In this document: positions 53,989 to 62,388 of the stretch, one piece after another
How the letters are laid out: every line of letters begins with the position of its first letter
Numbering within the stretch: position 1 is the first letter of the stretch
IMG/VR virus record: IMGVR_UViG_3300025000_000056
Strand: one strand, 5' to 3'
DNA: 64,000 nucleotides
Source: a virus
Lineage: Duplodnaviria; Heunggongvirae; Uroviricota; Caudoviricetes
Translations under genes and position numbers: made by a program
Notes under the pieces: model-generated
What the model was told of the DNA's origin: nothing
The model's database searches: none
Seen by the model: the letters and a program-made list of their open reading frames with translations, nothing else

Positions 53989-54465
53989 ATGAATATTTGT
54001 ATCTTTGAGGGACGTATTGGCAAGCTGAAAATGAATGGCAAGGGGGATAAGAAGTATTTAACCTTTACACTCTCCGTTCGTAAAGACTATATCAGTGAGA
54101 AAGATAAGGAAGCTAACAAAATCAACAACTTCTTATTCATGAAAGCCTTCGGCAAGACCGCTGAGTTTATCGAACAATACTTCGAAGACGGCAAACACAT
54201 CGGCGTAACCTGCTCTTATGAGACATGGGAAGGTAAAGATGATGACGGCGATACCACATATAACCATAACTTTAATATTATCAAAGCCAATTTTGTCGGT
54301 GGCAAAGATGATGGCGACGATTCCGGTAGTAAATCCTCTAAGTCCGATGACGATGATGCTAAGGCTAAAGCTAAAGCTAAGAAAGCTAAGGCTGCCGCTA
54401 AAGCTGCCGCCGAAGCAGAAGACGATGGTGAAGATCTAGACGACGACGGAAGTCTGCCATTCTAA
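53989..54465 (+). CDS. ssb: single-stranded DNA-binding protein (SSB) with acidic tail ..DDDGSLPF
   Basis: OB-fold-like N-terminal domain; Asp/Ala/Lys-rich linker; canonical SSB-type C-terminal tip. Confidence 0.65.
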   Translation: MNICIFEGRIGKLKMNGKGDKKYLTFTLSVRKDYISEKDKEANKINNFLFMKAFGKTAEFIEQYFEDGKHIGVTCSYETWEGKDDDGDTTYNHNFNIIKANFVGGKDDGDDSGSKSSKSDDDDAKAKAKAKKAKAAAKAAAEAEDDGEDLDDDGSLPF

Positions 54466-54779
54466 TGGATCAAGCAACTAAAGAGGGCGCTATCGAAGGA
54501 TTGATTAACATGGTGATGTATATCTATCAATCACATCTCGAAGAAGGTCAATCTATTGATAGCGCTAAGGATAATACATTAAAGATCATTAATGATCTTG
54601 GAATGCGGTACGCCAGTGAAGCAGGATTAGAATTTAAAGGTTATGCTAATCCCGCTACGCTTCTCGATGATTCTATCATGATGATTCGAACAGAGCGTAG
54701 GAAAAACCCGGCTCTTTCTTATCCTCTAAGTAATTTAATTACCTTGCGTAGTATGTTAAAGAAGAAAGGAGATAAGTGA
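54465..54779 (+). CDS. hypothetical protein
   Basis: ORF track. Confidence 0.45.
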   Translation: MDQATKEGAIEGLINMVMYIYQSHLEEGQSIDSAKDNTLKIINDLGMRYASEAGLEFKGYANPATLLDDSIMMIRTERRKNPALSYPLSNLITLRSMLKKKGDK

Positions 54780-54780
54780 T

Positions 54781-54963
54781 TTGAAAAACATCAAAGTTGA
54801 AGTTCAAGGTGACAAACTCTTGATCGAAGTAGATCTTGCTCAGTCCTATGGGCTAAGTAGCTCTGGTAAAAGCATAATCATTGCTTCGAGTGAAGGAAAT
54901 ATAGCAATCCCTGGCCGTGAAGAAGTCAAGATGGGATTGAATATCTATAAGTCTGCAAAATAA
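54781..54963 (+). CDS. hypothetical small protein
   Basis: TTG start. Confidence 0.35.
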   Translation: MKNIKVEVQGDKLLIEVDLAQSYGLSSSGKSIIIASSEGNIAIPGREEVKMGLNIYKSAK

Positions 54964-54976
54964 GGAGGTAATTAAG

Positions 54977-55273
54977 TTGAATCGACCAACTCCCGAAGAG
55001 GCTAAGCGCATTCTAGATCAAATTAAGGAATACTCTGATGCACCAAGACTTAAAGTTCAAACTTCTGTTGGCGAATTAACCGCAATGCCTACTACTGATG
55101 GTGGAAATCTTGGTATATGGGTGTCATTGAATGATGATACTGTAGTCCTAGTTGATGTTGATGACGATGGTAAACTTACCGTACGTATTTGGGATTCTGA
55201 ATGCGATAATGATCCTTTAATTATACATTCACCCAAGCTATGTAAGTGTTGTGAACACAAGAAGGAGGATTAA
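54977..55273 (+). CDS. hypothetical protein
   Basis: TTG start after AAGGAGG. Confidence 0.45.
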   Translation: MNRPTPEEAKRILDQIKEYSDAPRLKVQTSVGELTAMPTTDGGNLGIWVSLNDDTVVLVDVDDDGKLTVRIWDSECDNDPLIIHSPKLCKCCEHKKED

Positions 55274-55274
55274 C

Positions 55275-56498
55275 ATGGCAGTAGCCAAAGGAGTTCTTGA
55301 TAAAATCATTGACGGGATCAATAAGAAAGCTGGCAAGGTTGTTGTTGATCGAGCGGTTAACATGATGGAACAGCTAAAGATTGAATTCATTCCTACACCG
55401 AGCTTAGAACTCAATATGGCGATGGGCGGCGGTTGTGCTGTCGGTCGTGTCATTGAGTTTGCAGGAGAACAAAGTTCAGGTAAGACGAGCATGGCTCTAG
55501 AGATTATCTCTGATGATCAGAAAGTACACCCAGAAGGAGTCTGGGGTTGGTTTGAAACAGAGGCCAGTTATGATCCAGACTATGCTAAAGACGTCCATGG
55601 GGTTGATCTTAACCGTATTATCTATTGGGACATGGATGACTTGGGTGCTGAAAACGGATTAGATGTTCTTGAGGCCTTAATTCGATCGAATGATCTTCGA
55701 GGTGTTGTAGTTAACTCAGTAGCAGGCCTATCAACCATCCGAGAGATGAACTCGCAAATGGCCGAGGTAGGTGTGGCCGAGACCGCACGTATGATGAGCA
55801 AGTTAATGCGTAAGATCGTAGCGATCGCCAACAAGACTAAAACAACGTGCATCTTTATCAATCAGTTTCGCGCCACCATGGATAAGTATAAACCCACGGT
55901 AACTACCGGTGGTAAGGCGCTTGGATTCTTTGCTAGTCAGCGAGTTGATTTTAATAAGATCAAACTAGAGGCCAAGGATGGTTATGACGAAGAAGAAGCC
56001 ATGAAAGTTCAATGTCGTGTTCGTAAAAACCGATGTACGTATACTAATCCTTATAAGAAATGCCAGTACATCGTTAAGTATGGCGAAGGTATTGATTTAA
56101 TCGGAGAGATCACAAACGCAGCCTGTGAGCAGGGAATCCTTCGTAAGTCTGGAGCGTGGATCTTTTACGAAAAGGATGATGGAGATTGTGTCGTCCGTGA
56201 TGGTGTTATGGTTGTTCAAAAGGATGAATCCGTCATTCAGCAAGATGGTGTTCTTATGAAATGGAATGGCGCTGCCAAACTATTAGCGTTCTTCCAGAAC
56301 AATCCTGATTTCTATACGGAGATTCGTACATTAATGATGGCTCGGTTACTTGCTGGAGAAGTAAAGACTATGGGCCTAGATGTCGAAGAAGTTGATCAAA
56401 TCGTTGCCGAAGATGCAGAACTTGCTGAAGTCTTTATCGAAGTCATTGCTGATGAAACTACAGTAGGTTCCGATGAAGAGGAAGGTGAACCCGTATGA
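55275..56498 (+). CDS. recA: RecA/UvsX-family recombinase
   Basis: ATG after AAGGAGG; Walker A GEQSSGKTS; RecA-like core; acidic C-terminus. Confidence 0.7.
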   Translation: MAVAKGVLDKIIDGINKKAGKVVVDRAVNMMEQLKIEFIPTPSLELNMAMGGGCAVGRVIEFAGEQSSGKTSMALEIISDDQKVHPEGVWGWFETEASYDPDYAKDVHGVDLNRIIYWDMDDLGAENGLDVLEALIRSNDLRGVVVNSVAGLSTIREMNSQMAEVGVAETARMMSKLMRKIVAIANKTKTTCIFINQFRATMDKYKPTVTTGGKALGFFASQRVDFNKIKLEAKDGYDEEEAMKVQCRVRKNRCTYTNPYKKCQYIVKYGEGIDLIGEITNAACEQGILRKSGAWIFYEKDDGDCVVRDGVMVVQKDESVIQQDGVLMKWNGAAKLLAFFQNNPDFYTEIRTLMMARLLAGEVKTMGLDVEEVDQIVAEDAELAEVFIEVIADETTVGSDEEEGEPV

Positions 56499-56950
56499 TT
56501 GTTTTAAGCGAACAACGCTTGTTAAATACCTTGCGTTTACTAACAAATTCAAGTAAACAGCTAGTCGACTCGGGTATTCACTTGGATAATACTATCTATA
56601 GGGCTAAGTTATTAACTAACTTAGCCACTATTGAAGCATTACTTGATGTTGTTCAAGTGAATGACGAAGAAGTTTCTCCAATAAATAATGATGAATTCCA
56701 AGCTTGGTTAACTAATGAAGAAGAAGTTCTTCGTGGATTTCCGGGAGAAGCTGGAAATGATGAAGAGTATCTTGAACAACAAGACAGTGAAGACTTTATT
56801 AATGACGAGGAACTTATGGCAGCAACATGTCCATCAACAGATGTTATCTTTACAGGAGAATATACTGATCTAGGCGAACCTCTTGTAAGTGTCAAAGGTG
56901 AAGAACCTATTCCAATTAATAAGGTTCCTGGAGAATATCTACCATTTTAA
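56495..56950 (+). CDS. acidic protein with ..EYLPF tip (possible recombination mediator)
   Basis: Follows the RecA gene with overlap; PF C-terminus. Confidence 0.4.
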   Translation: MIVLSEQRLLNTLRLLTNSSKQLVDSGIHLDNTIYRAKLLTNLATIEALLDVVQVNDEEVSPINNDEFQAWLTNEEEVLRGFPGEAGNDEEYLEQQDSEDFINDEELMAATCPSTDVIFTGEYTDLGEPLVSVKGEEPIPINKVPGEYLPF

Positions 56951-56962
56951 GGAGTGAGATTT

Positions 56963-57301
56963 ATGCCATGGACTAAACAAGATATTCATATGGCAACTCA
57001 CTACGGCAAGTCCTTAGCAGAGCATACTTTAAAGATGCTTCAAGACTATAACACTGATCGTGATAGTCATAGACGTCATAAGGTTCAACTCTGCCGGACA
57101 TGTCATTATTTACGTAGTGGTATGATTGCTGGTCAAGCATTCACGGATTATACATGTCGAGTATGTGATAATGTCTTTGGCTATCACAATACAAATACAC
57201 CTAAAATTTGTACGACATGTGCTAATAAGCTAAATCTCTGTGTTAAATGCGGTGGTGATATAAATACCTGGCTCAAGAAGGAGAACAGTGATGTTACTTG
57301 A
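56963..57301 (+). CDS. zinc-finger protein (CRTCH..C..C..CTTC..CVKCGG)
   Basis: ATG 8 nt after AAGGAG. Confidence 0.5.
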   Translation: MPWTKQDIHMATHYGKSLAEHTLKMLQDYNTDRDSHRRHKVQLCRTCHYLRSGMIAGQAFTDYTCRVCDNVFGYHNTNTPKICTTCANKLNLCVKCGGDINTWLKKENSDVT

Positions 57302-59213
57302 TGGACTTAATGATGCTCAACTCGAAGCAATTACCGAGACATTTGATGAGTCCTGTCTTGTTATTGCGGGGCCTGGCGCGGGTAAAACGGCAGTTCTTAC
57401 CCGCCGCATCGCTTATATGATCGAAGAAGGTATTAAGGCTCGTAACATTTTGACTGTAACCTTTACGAACAAAGCAGCTACTGAGATGAAAGAACGTATC
57501 AAGGGATACATTGGTGATGTTTTAGCATCGGATATATGGATGGGAACCTATCATAGTATTTGCGTTAAGATATTACGCAGGTATGCAAATGAAATTGGTC
57601 TTAGTCCTAAGTTTACAATCATTGATGCCGATGAACAAAAGAAGATCATCAAAGAAGTTCTTAAGAAGGTCGCTCCAAACAATAATTATGTTAATGAGGG
57701 CAGGATTCTTAGTCGCATTAGCACTCAGAAGAATAAACTTCTAACACCTAGTGATTATTTGAATACGAGTAAAGATTATGACCGAGCTTTGGTGGGCGAT
57801 TGTTATCTTGACTATCAGAAAAGACTTACTAAGATTAAATGCCTAGATTTCGATGACTTGATCATGAAGACGTGTCAATTACTTAAACAATCTAGTATAG
57901 CTCGTGAATACTACCAAAATAAATTCAAGTATATACTCCTTGATGAAACACAGGACAGTAACTATGCTCAGTATCAACTCGTTAAGTTATTAGCGGGCAA
58001 TACAAATAACATCTTTGCTGTAACTGATGATGCCCAGGCTATTTATTCCTGGAGAGGGGCAGACATTCAAAATCTGCACAACTTTATTGAAGAGTATAAC
58101 CCGAAAATCATTAAGCTTGAACAAAACTATCGATCAACTCAAACCGTAGTTTATGCCGGTAATGCTATTATCAAAAACAATCTTAAGCAATTAGACAAGA
58201 CCATCTTTTCAAAGCGTAAGGTTGGTAATCAGATTAAGCTTTATGAGGCACCTACGGGCGACGACGAAGCACGTTTTGTAGCGGATGAAATTCAAAACTT
58301 AGTACGCCATGGCGGCTATAACTATGATGATATCATGGTCTTGTATCGTACGAACTATCAATCACGAGCCTTCGAAGATAAGTTTATGAACTTTCAAATT
58401 CCTTATGATATGACGGGTGTCTTCAGTTTTTATGGGCGTAAAGAAGTCAAAGATATCTTAGCTTGGCTCAAAATCGTTTCTAACAATGACGATGATCTAG
58501 CTATGGAGCGAATACTCAATACGCTTGACGCCCTAGGATCTACATCAATTAAGAACATCCTATCTCAAGCAGAGAATTTTAATCTTAGCGCTTATGACTC
58601 GGCTAATACCTTTACGTGTAAGCAATCTAAATCTCAAGCCTCGTTAGAGTCAGCAATGAGTACACTCAGTAAATTAAGCAGTGCTTATTCTGTAGGGAGT
58701 AGCTATAGCAACACACCCGTAACAGATATGCTGGATCTCATCTGGAAAAATACGAGTTACTATGATAATTTGGTTAATGAAAATACACCAGAGTCATTAG
58801 ACCGTAAGGCTAATCTAGATGAGTTAATCAGTATTGCTAAGAGCTATGAGTTGTTATCAGATGCTCCCGACCTAACAGAGTTTTTAGAGAATATTGCCCT
58901 AGCTTCTACGAAGGATAGCGAAAACAAACCGAAGTCTATTAAGATGATGAGTGTTCATGCCAGCAAGGGAATGGAAAGCCCTATTGTCTTTCTCGTAGGT
59001 ATGGAAGAGAACCTATTTCCACATGCCAATTCAATCAATACACCGGAAGCCTTGGAGGAAGAACGACGTCTTTGCTATGTCGGGGTGACTCGTGCTAAGG
59101 ATGAACTTTATATCACATATGCTAACGCTCGCCGTGGATTTAAGGGGATTGAAAACAATTCACCAAGCCGATTTATCGGGGAGATACCTAGTAAAGTTCT
59201 ACTAAAGCTCTAG
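57291..59213 (+). CDS. UvrD/PcrA-family superfamily-1 DNA helicase
   Basis: Walker A AGPGAGKT; UvrD-like motifs (TFTNKAA, DExQD-like LDETQD). Confidence 0.75.
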   Translation: MLLDGLNDAQLEAITETFDESCLVIAGPGAGKTAVLTRRIAYMIEEGIKARNILTVTFTNKAATEMKERIKGYIGDVLASDIWMGTYHSICVKILRRYANEIGLSPKFTIIDADEQKKIIKEVLKKVAPNNNYVNEGRILSRISTQKNKLLTPSDYLNTSKDYDRALVGDCYLDYQKRLTKIKCLDFDDLIMKTCQLLKQSSIAREYYQNKFKYILLDETQDSNYAQYQLVKLLAGNTNNIFAVTDDAQAIYSWRGADIQNLHNFIEEYNPKIIKLEQNYRSTQTVVYAGNAIIKNNLKQLDKTIFSKRKVGNQIKLYEAPTGDDEARFVADEIQNLVRHGGYNYDDIMVLYRTNYQSRAFEDKFMNFQIPYDMTGVFSFYGRKEVKDILAWLKIVSNNDDDLAMERILNTLDALGSTSIKNILSQAENFNLSAYDSANTFTCKQSKSQASLESAMSTLSKLSSAYSVGSSYSNTPVTDMLDLIWKNTSYYDNLVNENTPESLDRKANLDELISIAKSYELLSDAPDLTEFLENIALASTKDSENKPKSIKMMSVHASKGMESPIVFLVGMEENLFPHANSINTPEALEEERRLCYVGVTRAKDELYITYANARRGFKGIENNSPSRFIGEIPSKVLLKL

Positions 59214-59224
59214 GTTTAGACAAG

Positions 59225-59265
59225 TGTGTTACATTATGTTATAATATAGGTAATGCAAGGAGGAA
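59225..59265 (+). promoter_or_regulatory. consensus promoter-leader motif (gtgttacattatgttataatataggtaatg)
   Basis: Member of the recurring promoter family. Confidence 0.45.
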
Positions 59266-59270
59266 TTAAT

Positions 59271-59855
59271 ATGAGTGACGTTCAGGCTCCAGCTAAGAAG
59301 CGCGAGTTATCCGATGAATTCAAAGCGGAATTTGTCAAGAACATCCAAGGTAAAGACTATATCATCTATGGAGGACTTATCACATTAGCTCATGCAGAAG
59401 GCTTTAAAGGCTTTAAACAACCTCTAGTCGTAGAGACTCCAGGCAAAGATAACGGCGGGCTAATTATTGTTGTTGCTACAGCCGTTGATAAAAACGGCAA
59501 TGAATGGTCAGCTCTAGGAGATGCTGATAGCGTTAATGTCGGCGCTAAAGTAGCTAAGCATAAGTGTCGAGTAGCAGAGACACGAGCTAAGGGGAGAGCC
59601 TTACGTGACATGTTAGGTATTGATATGCTCCTGATTGACGAGGTCGAAGATCCGTATGCTAAAAATGAAGACTTAATTACGGATGCACAAGTCAATAAGA
59701 TTGCTGTCTTAATGAAGCAAAAGAAAGTATCTAAAGATTGGATGAGAGAACAGATGACTGCGCTAACCGGCAAAGTTAAGAGTGCCGAGTTAACAAAGTC
59801 AGAAGCAAGTCTCATGATCAAGACATTGGATGCTTACACAGAAGATAACGAGTAG
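59271..59855 (+). CDS. hypothetical protein (possibly DNA recombination/annealing-related)
   Basis: ATG after AAGGAGG; no diagnostic motif recognised. Confidence 0.4.
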   Translation: MSDVQAPAKKRELSDEFKAEFVKNIQGKDYIIYGGLITLAHAEGFKGFKQPLVVETPGKDNGGLIIVVATAVDKNGNEWSALGDADSVNVGAKVAKHKCRVAETRAKGRALRDMLGIDMLLIDEVEDPYAKNEDLITDAQVNKIAVLMKQKKVSKDWMREQMTALTGKVKSAELTKSEASLMIKTLDAYTEDNE

Positions 59856-60428
59856 GTGAACATTATTAAACGATCTAGCAGAAAACCAATAGCAGTGGCG
59901 CTGGGAGGATTTATGATCCTAGCGTCCATCGCTATTCCGGCCTATGACTATGTCGGAAATACAAATAAACTTATAAGTGAACAACAAACTACGATCCAAT
60001 CATTAAATAAGAGTCTTAAGGATTCTACGGACACATTAGATTTGGTTACGACTGAAATGACCAAGCAAGAAAAGATTATAGCTGAGCAGCGATCGGACAT
60101 CGCAGAGCTAAAAAAGCATCAAGCGACACCATCTCGCAGTGAACCCAAAGGACGTCAGTATAAGATAACATTAGATACCGTAGCCTATTCTTGGACTGGC
60201 GGTAGAACATGTACCGGAGTGTGGCCTAAGGTTGGAACAATTGCTGTAGATCCTAAGATAATACCTTTAGGATCTAAGATTTATGTTCCAGGCTATGGTT
60301 ATGGAATTGCAGAAGATACCGGAGGTGCAATTCATGGTCACATTATTGATTTGTTTATGGGAAGTTACGATGATAGTGTTCGATGGGGTCGCAAGAAACT
60401 AACTGTAACGGTCTTCGATAAGGAATAA
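59856..60428 (+). CDS. 3D-domain (MltA/YuiC-like) cell-wall hydrolase with N-terminal TM segment and coiled coil
   Basis: GTG start; C-terminal 3D-domain pattern YSWTGG..G..VAVDP..IPLGS.IYVPGYG.G.A.DTGGAI.G..ID.F. Confidence 0.6.
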   Translation: MNIIKRSSRKPIAVALGGFMILASIAIPAYDYVGNTNKLISEQQTTIQSLNKSLKDSTDTLDLVTTEMTKQEKIIAEQRSDIAELKKHQATPSRSEPKGRQYKITLDTVAYSWTGGRTCTGVWPKVGTIAVDPKIIPLGSKIYVPGYGYGIAEDTGGAIHGHIIDLFMGSYDDSVRWGRKKLTVTVFDKE

Positions 60429-60453
60429 GTTATGTCACGTAAGCTTCCCAAGT

Positions 60454-60789
60454 TTGTACTTTAAGGAGGTGTTTAAAATAGTTAAGAACAATGTTAATGT
60501 CGGAGACTTAAGAGAACTTGCTCAGACCATTCTAGAAGGACGTATTAAAACCTTTCATTTAGAATTACGCAAGGGTAATAAGAAAACTAAACTCTATGCC
60601 GAATACACTACGTTTTCTGAAAGTCAATTAACCGAAGACAGTAGAGAAGTTCGCTTAAGTACTTCTGAGACCCTTGAAGAAATTGCTGACGGCATCGAGG
60701 CGGGCGATAAATTTAATACCATTGAGATCACTAAATCATTAACCACTGATTGGAAAATCTTAATTGATAGGGTTGGTTCAAATGCATAA
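60454..60789 (+). CDS. hypothetical protein, start uncertain (TTG 60454 without RBS, or in-frame ATA 60478 about 7 nt after AAGGAGGTG)
   Basis: ORF track; the RBS lies inside the tracked ORF; no in-frame ATG follows it. Confidence 0.4.
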   Translation: MYFKEVFKIVKNNVNVGDLRELAQTILEGRIKTFHLELRKGNKKTKLYAEYTTFSESQLTEDSREVRLSTSETLEEIADGIEAGDKFNTIEITKSLTTDWKILIDRVGSNA

Positions 60790-61216
60790 ACTAACAGTAC
60801 CTATAGTGCTTCCTGATACAACAATCAGTGAGCCACGCTGTAAACATCCTGGACATGATGCCGGTTATGATTTGTGCTCAACTAAGGATATAATCCTATG
60901 GCCCTTTAAGGTTGTAAAGATACCCGTCAACGCTCAGATTAGTATACCTCAAGGATTCTTTGCACGTATTACGGGACGTAGTGGATTAAGTGTTAATGGA
61001 ATCTTAACGATTCCAGGAACCGTAGACTCGGGTTATATTGGAGTGATCCATGCCATTACGATGAACCTTAGTTTCTGGCCTAAGAAAATTCGTCGAGGCG
61101 ATCGTATAGCGCAAATGATTGTCATGCCTTGTGCCTCTTTGGATTTTCGATTGGTTAATCGTCACGAAGAAACTGACCGTGGTTCTCATGGCTTCATGTC
61201 AACAGGACTTACTTAA
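60782..61216 (+). CDS. dut: dUTP pyrophosphatase (dUTPase)
   Basis: Motifs AGYDL, RSGLS, GTVDSGYIG, and a C-terminal motif-5-like FMSTG. Confidence 0.7.
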   Translation: MHKLTVPIVLPDTTISEPRCKHPGHDAGYDLCSTKDIILWPFKVVKIPVNAQISIPQGFFARITGRSGLSVNGILTIPGTVDSGYIGVIHAITMNLSFWPKKIRRGDRIAQMIVMPCASLDFRLVNRHEETDRGSHGFMSTGLT

Positions 61217-61221
61217 TACAG

Positions 61222-61258
61222 ATAACCCGTGCTTAATTAAGCACGGGTTATCTGTATA
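61222..61258. terminator. perfect 16-bp palindrome hairpin CAGATAACCCGTGCTT-AATT-AAGCACGGGTTATCTG
   Basis: Inverted repeat directly after the dUTPase stop. Confidence 0.55.
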
Positions 61259-61300
61259 ATTGCGTTACAATATGGTATACTATAGGTAATGGAGGTGATA
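61258..61300 (+). promoter_or_regulatory. consensus promoter-leader motif (tgtataattgcgttacaatatggtatactataggtaatggagg)
   Basis: Member of the recurring promoter family. Confidence 0.45.
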
Positions 61301-61302
61301 CC

Positions 61303-62043
61303 GTGCGAGTATTAACAGCAAGTGATTTACATGGATACTTTAAACCGCTAGAACGAGCCTTAGCTAAGGCTAATTATGACCCTAAGGTAGATCAACTTAT
61401 CTTACTCGGTGATTACATCGATCGTGGACCCAACTCTGCTAAAACTGTAGATTATGTTATGAAACTTTGTTCCGAAGGAGCAATTGCCCTAATGGGTAAC
61501 CATGAGGCTATGTTAATTGGCTATTTAGCTGGTCAATATGATTATGCTTCTTATTGTTATAACGGCGGTAATACAACGCTAGAATCCTATGCTCGTTGGA
61601 GTGCTGAATTTCCAGAAGAACATCTTGAATTCTTAGGTAGACTTAGTCCTTATGCTCGAACTGATAATCATATCTTTGTTCATGCTGGTGTTATTCCGGA
61701 TGTTTTAATTAACGAGCAAAAGAATGATGATCTCTTATGGACTCGCTATATTAATCCTGCTCAAACGATGGGCTGGTGGGAAGTATCTCATGGTTTTGAT
61801 CAAACGATTATCGTTGGCCATACACCAACAAATTATGTTGGTAAGAAAAAGGGTGAAGTTTATATCGGTGACAAGTTAATCATGATTGATACCGGTTGTT
61901 GTGCTCGCGACGGTTGGCAAACACTTTATGATGTAACAAATAATATTGCCTATCAATCAAATAAAGAAAAACAAGTACGGGTGGTGGATTATTCCTGTGA
62001 AGCAGATGGACGTGTGTTTAGATCGAGTTTTTCTGGAACTTAA
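61303..62043 (+). CDS. PPP-family Ser/Thr phosphatase-like metallophosphoesterase
   Basis: GTG after GGAGGTG; motifs GDYIDRG and GNHE. Confidence 0.65.
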   Translation: MRVLTASDLHGYFKPLERALAKANYDPKVDQLILLGDYIDRGPNSAKTVDYVMKLCSEGAIALMGNHEAMLIGYLAGQYDYASYCYNGGNTTLESYARWSAEFPEEHLEFLGRLSPYARTDNHIFVHAGVIPDVLINEQKNDDLLWTRYINPAQTMGWWEVSHGFDQTIIVGHTPTNYVGKKKGEVYIGDKLIMIDTGCCARDGWQTLYDVTNNIAYQSNKEKQVRVVDYSCEADGRVFRSSFSGT

Positions 62044-62071
62044 ACCACTACCTAATAGCAAGTGGAAAGCT

Positions 62072-62236
62072 ATGATTGTTTTGGATCACTTGCTATTAGT
62101 TTATCATTATACTCATTATGTTTTAGGTTACGATATTAAAACTCACACTGTTTTCCACGAGTGGTGGGAGCGGCCCGCAGATAAACGTGGCCTCGAAGCT
62201 GCTAAAGAGTATTTAAAAGAGAGGTTTAAGACATGA
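62072..62236 (+). CDS. small hypothetical protein
   Basis: Internal ATG of the tracked ORF 61946..62236; weak RBS. Confidence 0.25.
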   Translation: MIVLDHLLLVYHYTHYVLGYDIKTHTVFHEWWERPADKRGLEAAKEYLKERFKT

Positions 62237-62388
62237 AATGGCTTGAATGGTTAATATATGCCATATGGATAGCGATCCTTGGATGTATCATGTGGCATGG
62301 TATTACGATTAAAGTGGGAAATATCATGGAGGTTCATTCTAACCCATTAAGCAGACTCTTTAATAAGAAGAAAGGAGATGAACTATGA
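62233..62388 (+). CDS. small membrane protein (51 aa)
   Basis: ATG after GAGAGG; ATGA overlap with the next gene. Confidence 0.35.
   Translation: MKWLEWLIYAIWIAILGCIMWHGITIKVGNIMEVHSNPLSRLFNKKKGDEL

Noticed and set aside
11369-54439. Internal + strand alternative-frame ORFs (11369-11584, 12524-12778, 26501-26761, 39744-40004, 40119-40382, 41503-41691, 42391-42576, 44168-44359, 50816-51250, 54218-54439, 63469-63888)
   Set aside because: They are embedded in longer genes with recognisable domains, have no RBS, and often low-complexity translations. Frame artefacts.
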